From Iphione sp. A-MEVVRFRX5 (lineage: Eukaryota), in the NCBI GenBank assembly GCA_976226885.1, contig OZ320314.1, positions 111,662,001 to 111,726,000 on the forward strand: a stretch of 64,000 bases of DNA. The letters are read 5' to 3'. Of this stretch, positions 25,816-35,977 are shown piece after piece. The notes beneath the pieces were generated by a model. The model worked only from the letters and a program-made list of their open reading frames with translations. It was not told where the DNA came from and did no database searches. How positions within the stretch are numbered: the stretch's first letter is position 1; every line of letters begins with the position of its first letter. The position numbers were made by a program, and so were the translations under genes.

Positions 25816-26751
25816 GGCGTTGGGCAGCACCGTGCGTAGAACAGGCCTGCGTCGATTGTCACTACTGTGACCGAAGCTGCGCCGATTGTCACTGCGCCTA
25901 TCGCAGATGCGGCAATTGTCAGGACACCAAACCACGTTGTGTCCACCGAAGCTGCGCTGACTGTGGCTGTGTTGCTCGCGGTTGCACCGGGTCGTAGTGC
26001 ACGGAAGGTCAGCGCACCGTGCGTCTGTGGAGACAAAACAGGAGTCAGCGAGGGTTGTTTTCACCACAGGACAAAAGTAGCTCAGCCTCCCTACTGGCGA
26101 GCAACTGGCTTCAGCACGTTTATCCTTATGACCGTTGCCGCCCTTACATTCAACACATTCGAGGTCTGTTCCCACCATTACTGCAAGCACAATTGTGAAA
26201 GTTACTTGTGCAACAATCATTCAACGTTCCTACCCCTAAGCCATAACCGCAGGCACTCTCCCAGCCACCGCCTTCTCTGGTTGTGTGACTGTCGCACGTC
26301 CCAACCCCGCTACGACAAAGCTGGCCAACGCCAATGTTGCGGCCCCCATTATCGCTCATGAGCAGGCTGTGGGCCACACAGAATAAAGCGCCTACCTGGC
26401 TTGGAATGGACCGACAGGGGTTATCTGCAGTGCCCTCCCTACTAACGTTGCGGCGTGCTTTTCCTTAAGTCGTGGCTCCTTTTGTTGTGATGCTCGGATT
26501 CCGACTTGGTCAAACGCTCCAGAGGGGACAGCACAAGGTCTGCGGTAGAGAGATGCAACCGTGGGTGGCGCCACTCCATTTCCTGCAGCTTAGTTCAGCG
26601 GAACTCCGAACGGGGGCACCATGTGCTGGCATTGCACGCACTGACGCTGCTCGCAATGATGCAGCTTCATTCCCCGCTCCCTCACATGCACTGTCCTGTT
26701 GCGGCGAGTGCCACAGCACACTTACATTCCCTGCCGCGCCCTTTCCAGCAG

Positions 26752-29445
26752 CTACAGTCCCAGCCTTGACATAGCCGGCCGGGCCCTACTGACTGTTACT
26801 TGGGCATCTTCATGTGCTGGCTTGAGCCGGTCTGCATGGACCACCCGCCTCTTGGGGCCCTTCCTGATCCGGTAAGTGACGGCCGACAGTTTCTCCTCCA
26901 CCTGCCAGGGCCCTTCCCACCAGTTCTGCAACGTGTGGGGGACTCCCTTGCGACGAAGGGGGGAAAACAACCAGACCCTCTGTCCGACCGCGTACCCTTG
27001 CGGCCTGACTCTCTAATTGTACCAATCGCGCCGGTGCTCTGCCACGCGGCTCAGACGTTGCGCCACCCGCCGATGGTCCTGCTGGACCTTGTCCTCCACC
27101 TGACTGATGAAATGGTTCCGCTGCACCGTGTTGGGCTCGGGGTACCCGTACCGGAGCTCCACTGGCAGATTAACCTCTCGGTGGAACATGAGCCGGTTTG
27201 GCGACATGTTGGTCGAGCCCTGGGGGGTGGCCCGGTATGCAGCCATCACGTAGGGGAGGGCCAGGTCCCAGTCGGCCCTTCGCTCCTCCCCCAGGGTGCC
27301 CAACATGTTAGCCAACGTCCTGTTGAAACTCTCCACCACACCGTCGCTCTGGGGGTGGTACGGAGTAGTCCGGGACTTCTCCACCCCTAAGAGCTGCAAC
27401 ACCTCGGTGAAGAGTGCCGACTCGAAGTTGCGGCCCTGGTCGGAATGGAACACCCAGGGGGGACCGAACCAACATACCACCTCCTGCACGATGACCTCTG
27501 CGGAAGCCTTAGAGGTGGCTTCGGCCAGGGGGAACGCCTCAGTCCACTTGGTGAAGTGGTCTGCCACCACTAGGACATACCGGTTCCCCCGGGGAGTCTC
27601 TGGCAGAGGTCCCAGTATGTCGGCAGCCACTGACTCCAACGGTTCATTCACTGGGCGGGACTGTAGCGGAGCTCGCTTCGAGCAGGGCGGCGCCTTGCGC
27701 TGCTGGCAAGCCTGGCATGCTGCTGTCCAGCGCCCCACGTCTCGGCGCATCCCGGGCCAGAACCACTTCTGCCACAGTAGCCCAAGGGTCTTCTCCGCAC
27801 CCAGATGGCCTCCCAGCACGCCAGCATGCACATCCTGCCACAGCTCGGCCCGAAGAGCGCGGGGGACGTAAGCCTGGTACACCGCTTGCCCACCGTCAGC
27901 CTCCCAGCGCTGTATCAGCACTCCACCTATCAATGACAGATGGCCACCCTCTGCTCGCAGCTGGTGCTCTTCCCATGGCAAACCGACTTCCAGCCCTGGG
28001 GGATTGTTTCCCGCCGCCAAAGCCTGGCGGACGGCCTCGGTACCTTCCTCCCCGCTTGTGCGTTGCTCAGCCGTTTGGCACTCGCCAACGGGGTCACCGC
28101 AACCACAGCCACTTCGACAACTTCGGGTGCCATCTCCCTGGTGCACTGCTTGCACCGCTGCCGTGACAGGCGGTCCGCATTCCCGTGTTTCCAGCCCGGC
28201 CAATGGATAATCTCTAGATCATGGCAGAAGATTTCCTCCAGCCAGCGCGCCAACTGCCCTTGAGGCTCACGGAAACTGCAGAGCCACCGCAACAAGTCGT
28301 GGTCAGTCCGGATCTCGATGCTCCGCCCTCCCACATAGCAGCGGAATTTGCGCAGTGCGAACACCACAGCAAGCAACTCTCGCCACGTGACGCAGTAGTT
28401 TGTTCTGGCTTGGTAAGGGTCCGGCTCGCATAGGCCAGGACCCTCTCCTGACTGTCCTGGACCTTGGATAGGACCGCGCCGATGCCGGTGTCTGAGGCAT
28501 CTGTATCCAACAACAGCCTCCCCTGCAGGCAGGGGTAGCCAAGGATAGGTGCCGAACACAGCCGCTGCTTCAGGTGGTCGAAGGCCCGTTGGCACTCCTC
28601 GGTCCAGGTGAACTCAGCCAGCCGGTCTGCCATCGTGTGGAGGGGGGCTGCAATCCGGGCAAAGCCCTCCACGAAGCTCCGGTAGTACGAGCACAGGCCG
28701 AGGAACCCACGTAATTCCTCTTGGCAGCGCGGCAGGGCCCAAGCCTCCACGGCGGCGATCTTCTCGGGGTCCACCCCCACGCCACGGGCCGACACCAGGT
28801 GGCCCAGATACGCCACCTCCTCCTGGAACAACTGACACTTCGAGGCTTTTACCCGCAGCCCTGCCTGCTGGAGATGGTCGAAAACTCATCTGAGACGTTC
28901 GCACATCTCCTCGACTGTGTGACCTAGCACAATAATATCGTCCAGGTATACGAAGCAGTCCACGCCCACCATGCCACGCAGTACAGATTCCATGAGGCGC
29001 TCCTGCCATCCTTTTTCTTGACGAGGACTAGGGGGGAAGCCTAAGGAGTGGTCGAGTGTTCCAGGACCCCTTGTTCCAGCAGCCCCTCTACCTCCCGCTC
29101 TACCTCCGCCTTCCGGCGGGGTGGGAGACGGTGCACTCGCTGGCGGATGGGGGCGTGTCCCTGCGTGTCAATCCGGTGTTGGACCACGGGGGTACAGCCC
29201 AGGGGCCCACTCAGAGTCTGGAAGACGCTGCGGTGCGCCTCCAACATCGCCCGGATGCCAGCTTGGTCATCAGTCGGGAGCCCTTCCGGTAGTTGGTCCA
29301 ACAGCTGTTATACCACCTCCCACTGCTCGGCTTCAGTCGCTTCCGTTGATACCGCATGGACAACCGCGAGGTCGCTCACCGCATGACCAATTCCCAGCTG
29401 CGTACTGCGAAATACACAGGCCGTGACAGGCCCCGGGTTCCAGAG
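26752..29445 (-). pseudogene. pol: pol of element D (RT part, RNase H, integrase), frameshifted, RT partly deleted
   Basis: YLDD at about 28950; DTDASD; HAGVLGGH...CQAC; ADILGP, HSDQGRNFES, TTPYHPQSDG; WEGPW...VVHADRLK. Confidence 0.93.
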
Positions 29446-29451
29446 AGGTAT

Positions 29452-30443
29452 TGAGTTTAATGGAATTTTATCTTAAAAACAGATTACAGATCACAAAGGT
29501 TGGTAACGAGAAATCATCCCCTATGAGCATTTCATGTGGAGTGCCACAAGGGTCCATTCTTGGACCTTTATTGTTTGTAATATTTATAAATGATCTACCA
29601 TCATGTGTAAGAGGCAACAACACATGTTTCCTATACGCTGATGATGTGGCTATTGTCGCAGAAGGGATCACCCCCTCGTCTGCACAATCCAATCTCCAAA
29701 TAGGGATTGATTCTATATCAGCTTGGACATTGGAGAATAAGATTCTGATAAATGGTACCAAGACTAAAATTATGACGTTTGGATATGGAAATCCGAAATT
29801 TAAAGCCAATGTCTTATTAAATGGTAAGCAGATAGAGCAAGTATACAGGTTCAAATACTTGGGTGTTCTATTTAGTAGTAACCTCCGTTGGAATGAAAAT
29901 CTCAATGAAATTCTCCGACGTGGATATGCAAGATATAGACATCTAGCAATAATCCGTAAATACTTAAATGTGAAATATGCATTATTGATTGCAAGAACCA
30001 TGATCTTTCCAGTTTTAGACTACGGAAGTTATCTGTGTGTAGATCAAAAAGGGTCGAGTTTTCAAAAGATTATTACACTAAGAAGAAGAATATATGGCTT
30101 GTGTTTCTACCCAGGTCCACCGCCAACCAGAACAGAAATAGTTGATGAGGTAACAAGTGTAAGAGATTCAACAATTCTAAGAATAGGGTATGTAAATAAT
30201 GTGATTTTAGAAAAGAATCTAGCTGAACCTGCAATTAGGAGGACAAGATCAATGTCAAGGCGTAAGCTTACTAAAATATGGCCAATTAAAGAGGGTTTTA
30301 AACATAGTATTACCTACAAATTTCAAGTTATATGGGATAACCTAAGTCCCTTAGAGACACATTATAATATAAAACAAATGCAATCCTTGTGGAAAAGAAT
30401 TCGACGAGAAAAACGTATTAAGTGCAATTTTATGGTCCCTTGA
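29452..30443 (+). CDS. C-terminal part of LINE reverse transcriptase, uninterrupted
   Basis: GVPQGSILGPLLFVIFINDLP, LYADD, FKYLGV motifs. Confidence 0.9.
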
Positions 30444-31105
30444 AAAAGTAAAATATGATAGTGAAGCCTTGTATGTTTTGTTATTTGGCCGCGAAGTAAC
30501 ATTTATTACAGTGAGGATGTCAGCAAATATGGGTGTGGCCCATCCACTCATCATCATCGGGAGTGTGACCCTGATGCCCAATGTATTATTGCTAAAAACC
30601 ATAATGGAACACAAATTATGGTGGAGAACGAAAAGGATGACTGATTTGGGTGTGGCCCTCTTAATTAGTATTTATCAGTATGATTAACTTACAAATAAAG
30701 ATTTGTAATTCAGTGTGTGACCCTGGATCGATTACAAGTGCTGAGTACCATGTAAGGACCTACTACTACATGGTGGAGACCAGACTGCAGAAAACATAAC
30801 AAGGACGTGGTCCTATATTAAATTAAATATTTATGTTAATCATATTAAATTTAATAACACGTATATTATACTACTATGTGATATACTCGGTATTGAGGAA
30901 ATAAGTAAAACCAGAAGTCACGGTGATACCCTATGCTTCGACAGTTACCTTAGAAGTTGGATTACTCTGCAATGATTGTATTATGCTCACCTTACTAACA
31001 CAATTCTTTTGTATTGAAAAATTATGTTAGAGAAATGCTGACTCTGGTTACATATACGTTTTTCTGTATGCATATTACCAGAATAAAGAACGTTTAATAA
31101 TAATA
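29452..31105 (+). mobile_element. 5'-truncated LINE inserted in element D pol
   Basis: AGGTAT TSD (29446-29451 and 31106-31111), AATAAA and a (TAA)n tail; the Gypsy frame is continuous across the empty site (LDVDTSLEP). Confidence 0.92.
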
Positions 31106-31111
31106 AGGTAT

Positions 31112-31795
31112 CCACATCCAGCTGTCTTGCGGGCGCACCACAGCCCTAGCCACTCATAATCCCGACCTCTCCTCGAACCGGCTGTTAGCCTCAGTGATGA
31201 TGCTCTCGCCCAGGGGTACTTCCCCCCACCATTCAGCTTGCATCCAGGCGACCTGTCCTGCTGGAACCGTGGCGTCGGCCACTGCGGCCAGGGGAGCCGC
31301 TACCTCTCCTGGCGTCCGGCCCAAAGCCACCTGTGCCTTCCGGGAGTCCACCACCGCTTCCCAGCGGTCCAGCCAGTCTAACCCCAATATGGCAGGCACC
31401 TCCATGTCCACCACTCAAGCCCGAATGGGGATCGCCGCCTCCTGGAAGTACACCGTACCGGCCACCGACCCCCGCACAGCAAGAGGGGCCCCATCCATGC
31501 CATACACGCGGGCATCCACCGGTCCAAGTGGTATTCCATGTAGCGACTCGAACACCTTGGCGGAGAGGAGCAACGCTGAAGCGCCGGTGTCAATCAGCCA
31601 GTCGATCACTCGACCCCCCAACTGTCCTGACAGGAGCAGTCCATTAAATTCTCGCCTCCGGTGGCCCTGCAGTGTGACCACGGTGTCCCCCTGGACCATT
31701 CCTGCCAAAACCTGCAGGTGCTCCGGCAGTCCCAGGGGAGCATCAGGTGCTGCCGCCCGCCCTACTGGGCCGGGGCGGGTGGCTGTCCGTTTCCC
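31112..31795 (-). pseudogene. pol: Protease region of element D, reached by -1 frameshift from gag
   Basis: GGGAAAC at 31789-31795; the -1 frame is open to WLIDTGAS; a later frameshift precedes AILGLDWL. Confidence 0.85.
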
Positions 31796-33182
31796 GCTCC
31801 ACTGGCTGATGCTGTCAGAGGGGCTGTCGCCTCGCCCTCCTCGGCCGCCTTGCGTGCAGGGCAATCACGCTTGAAGTGTCCCTTCTCGTGGCAGTAAAAG
31901 CATCCCCCTTCTGCATTCCCACCTCGGCGGCCCCGCCGGGCTGGGGCAGCTGCTGGGGCCTCCAGCAGGCGTACGAGCAGCTGCTCAATCCAAGCCCAAG
32001 CTGGCGGGGCAGCCGTGGGTGTGGTACGAGCTGCTGCCACCACTGCTTCCTCTTCTTCCATGCGCGCTGCGCGCACTCGCTTCTGCGTGGGAGGGGGGTG
32101 CGCTCCTTCTCCGCCCGGTGGAACGACTCCGCCAGGAGGGCCTCCAACACCGCCACTTGGAATGTCTTGGCTTTGGCTTGCACAACCCAGCGGCGGCTTC
32201 GCTCGTCCCACAGGGCATTGATGAAAGAATCCTTACACATGCGGTCGAGCCAGACCCCCTCGGCCTCCGGGTATGCCTGCCTGGCCAACCACTCGATTTC
32301 CTCAGCCAGCTTCTGGGCATCTTCCTCCTTGCCCTGGCGCCGCTGCTTGAGCTCTTGCTTGAAGAAGGTAACGCGGTCCTCTGACTGGAACCTCTATTTC
32401 AGCACTTCCTCAATCCGGGCGTACACCCCAGGTGCAGTCACATCAATGGCGGCCGACCGGAGGGCCAACTGGGCTGATTTCTGCAAGCACACGCTCAACT
32501 GGAGGGCCTTCTCTGAGTCGTCCCACCTATTGGTCTGAGGGACAAGTCCAAAATGGTGTATGAACTCCACTAAGGGCATGGACCCGTCGAACGGCTCCGG
32601 CTTCACGTGGTGCCGGCGTGGCGGTGCCATAGGCGCGGCCTGGGACTGTAATGCAGCCTGCAACCCCGACACCAATCCTTGAACCAGGTTGGCCGCGGCA
32701 TCGGCCGGGGCATTGACAGCTGGCCCGTCCGTTCCCCGCGGGTCACGCCGGGGAGCTGGAGGGGAGGGCCCCTGAGCATCCGACGGGCCCTGGCTGTGGT
32801 CGTGGCCGGAGAAACCCTGCGGCTCACCCTTGGGGTGGGCGGCTCCCGGTTGGCCGGCGTGACGTCCTCCGCCGCTTCCGGTGGTGGCATTGGGGGGGCA
32901 GGGAGTTGGCGTTCGGCCCCCTGCCGGCACGGTGGCGTTCATCAAGGTACCCGTCCCTCTTGCATTGGGCGTCACCGCCACCTTTGTCAGCGCGCCATGC
33001 ACCTGGCCCCCACGCAGCGGAGCGTCGAACGTAGGTGCGTCGGATGATGAAGCGTCGGGTGCCATCGCATCAGGCGTTGTTGCACCAATCGTCAGTTCGA
33101 CCTCGCTGTCGGAACTCAGGGTGCCCTCGGTACCCCAGGACCCTGAGTCGCTATCCCTTCCTGGTGCGGGCGGTGACTGCAA
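31762..33182 (-). pseudogene. gag: gag of element D, frameshifted
   Basis: VKPEPFDGSMPLVEFIHHF, RRQGKEEDA and CFYCHEKGHFKRDC across three frames. Confidence 0.88.
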
Positions 33183-33228
33183 GCGTCAACGCCCTCTTCC
33201 TACGGGGGGCCGACAAGCGGGTGGGGAG

Positions 33229-33246
33229 ATCCCACCGCTGCCACCA
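33229..33246 (-). promoter_or_regulatory. PBS of element D, tRNA-Leu type
   Basis: TGGTGGCAGCGGTGGGAT, 18 nt complementary to the ...ATCCCACCGCTGCCACCA 3' end known for animal tRNA-Leu(AAG/UAG). Confidence 0.85.
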
Positions 33247-33247
33247 A

Positions 33248-33574
33248 TGTAGGGTCAGCCACTCCATAAATAAGACATAACCAGGAAGTACAATAGGAGA
33301 TCTTTATTACTGAAGTAGAACTGTACTGTAAGGCTCCCAGCTCTAGACTGACCCAGGGGGCTCCAGCTCCTGCTTTATATAGGCTGGAGCCCCAGCGGTG
33401 CATGGTGCAACATTGCACGATGCGTCAAACCGAGATGCATGAAGCATAAGGCACAAAGCATGAGGCGACACTGCAACACTGCACTCCGCGCTGAAGCATC
33501 AATGCGCAGTGCACAGTGCCACCTCGCACAATGCAACCTTGCACCGTGCAACGTTGCCACATGACACCGCTACA
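33248..33574 (-). repeat. 5' LTR of element D
   Basis: TGTAGCGG...CCCTACA, TATATAAA and AATAAA present. Confidence 0.97.
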
Positions 33575-35605
33575 AATGTTTTAAAATAACATTTACTGAA
33601 AACCCTTTTAAAACCTTTTTAAAATGTAAAAACATTTTACAATAACATTTATGAAAACCTTTTCAAAATTGTTTGAAAATGTGAAAACATTATGTGTTTC
33701 CTGGGTTCTCATGGTATTCAAGATAGGCATTTGTGACCACAGTTTCTACTGATTAAGTGTTACAGATATTGATTATTATATTTTCTATTTGAAATAATAA
33801 AAATGTTTCTTAGCTGTTGGATTAATACCGCTGTCTAGACAGTTGAAGTCTTATCTAGGTTAATCCGCAAATGAATAGTAATGTACTTATATTATTGTAG
33901 AATATAGTTGAATCAAAGTTATATGCATCTGCATTTTTACTATCTTACTCATGTCTTTTATTGAGGAGTCTATATTCAAATTGTTACCCTATGCTTATTA
34001 GATAAGACCTGTGACTTGTTGTATACCCTATAGGTGGTAAGAATCCTAACTCAATACCACCATGCAAAAGTTTCATAGCCTGGCGTCCTCATAGTTAAGA
34101 CCTATGACCTGATGCACTACTGTTGAGGCTTCATAGCCTCCTGCACCTAGTCTGCAGGAAATATCCACCACTACTGTACCAGCACCTGATTGGCTGGTAA
34201 GGTAATCTATATTTAGACAATGGGGTTCTATTTACTGGGATTTGTTTATAAGAGATTCTTTGCAGAGATACAATAATTCATGTCACAAACAAGATAAGCT
34301 GATTGCTTGACAAAGAGATATTATGTAATATATGTTGGAAGACTCATTGTATTGGTTGAACCACAACAGGTGACCAATGAATGGTAATTAGTCAAAAGGG
34401 AAGTTTTACTATTATATAAGGAGGCTGTAAGTTTCTAATAAACATTTTTCAAAACTAGAGTCTAGCATTCATGTCTTAATCATTTACATTCCTGACTTTA
34501 TTTTGGTTTATCCCTAGGATACCTGGCTTATGTATATAGGAACTATAACTAAATAGAAAAAAAACTATAGGAATGTTTTGCTTTGAAATTTAAATATCTA
34601 TATGAGAAATATGAGATTAATAGGCTAAATAACCCATGTTGCAATAAAAATCTGCATACTGATAAATGCAGTGCGATGTCCCCCTATAGATATGTCTACA
34701 ATGTGGATGTGTCCAAAATGCACATGATATGAAGAAAAATCAATTTACTCCTATAGTTAACCATTATAAAGGGAAGTCTCTAATGAGGACAGCTAATTTG
34801 AGAGAGTGTCCCCCTATGGACACTGTTGTTGTGTGAATTTGAGTCATCAGAGAAGGCTCAGAAGTCATTTGTAAAGTTAGACATGAATACCCCCCTGTGG
34901 ACAAGTTGTTGTCACACGAATTTGGGTCACCAGTGAAGGCTTAGAAGTCATTTTCAAAGGTAGACATGAATCCCCCCCCTGTGGATGAGATGTTGCTAAA
35001 CTCATCAAATTCAGCACTTTTAGAACTTTTATTCATTAAATTTAATCATAATGTGTACACATCTCATAAGCTTCTAAGTGATCAGCTTCTATAATCAGGA
35101 CACATCTGAAATCTAGATAGTTTCAGATAGAACCAAGGGTCTCTGCATTTGTGATGTTCAACTGTACATGTGGCAGTTAATCATTTGACCCTTCTGCAGC
35201 TTTTGTGATCTTATTACTCAGTTTTACTTAAGGAATAAGATAATATAAATCAGGTATTACTTCACTAGATAAAAATAACTCATCTTATATATTATATAAT
35301 TAAAACACTCATCTTAATATATCATCACTAAAACAACTCTTACACATATCAATTAATAGAGGAGGTTCTTATATAATGTATAATCAAAGACCACAATGTA
35401 AAAAGCCCTTCATTTCTTTACAGAAAACATCTGATGGATTGTTCTTACTTCAAAATGATAAATTATTACTGTTACATTTCAGACTAGATTAGTCTAATTT
35501 AGTTTATATATTGACAACCTCCTAGGCATAAGAAGATTTGAAAGAGAAAAACATTATCTCCAAAGTAATTTGAAGAAGGATGAAGGAAAATAAGATTAAA
35601 CTTAC

Positions 35606-35708
35606 TTTAAAGTAAAATCTCGGTCTGAATTAGAGACATTTATGCAAATATCAGTAGTGCCAACATCTTCTTGTACATTTACAATTCCAGGTTGGGATAT
35701 CATTGGCT
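35606..35708 (-). CDS. Exon X1b
   Basis: cattttag acceptor, gtaagt donor, 103 nt; one substitution relative to X1a. Confidence 0.85.
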
Positions 35709-35977
35709 CTAAAATGAAACATAGTAGAATTTATTGAATAAAGTTATAAGGAAAATCATACAAATAGTCATATTAAAATTTCATGGATACAAGAAGATTA
35801 AATACAACATACAAACGAGAAATTCAACTGTATATTTTGCAATTATTTACTTTGATAGAAATTCATTGCATGTAGGCTTCAAATACATTTGAACATGTGA
35901 AAGTATAATGATTATCTTAGAGATATAAGTTGTTTGTATAATTTCTCTTTACATGCAGTTTTCCTTCATCAAATCTG

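Larger units (their letters stand above)
22716..33574 (-). mobile_element. Gypsy LTR retrotransposon D, full length with both LTRs, an RT-internal deletion, a LINE insertion and a 3.7-kb post-integrase accessory region
   Basis: 327-bp LTRs, AATG TSD (22712-22715 and 33575-33578), PBS 33229-33246, PPT next to 23043; gag-PR-RT-RH-IN order. Confidence 0.97.
22013..33705. mobile_element. Non-autonomous CCC...GGG DNA element (EnSpm/CACTA-like), about 840 bp, split by Gypsy D
   Basis: TIRs CCCAACAAACAC and (reverse complement) CCCAGGAAACAC; TT duplicated at 22011-22012 and 33706-33707; the empty site is seen in paralogous introns (about 12205 and 45760). Superfamily inferred from the termini and the 2-bp TSD. 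Confidence 0.7.

Noticed and set aside
23485-26400. Many long plus-strand and alternative-frame ORFs in the GC-rich parts of elements B, D, E and F
   Set aside because: They are expected shadows of GC-rich coding sequence (few stops) and have no recognisable motifs.
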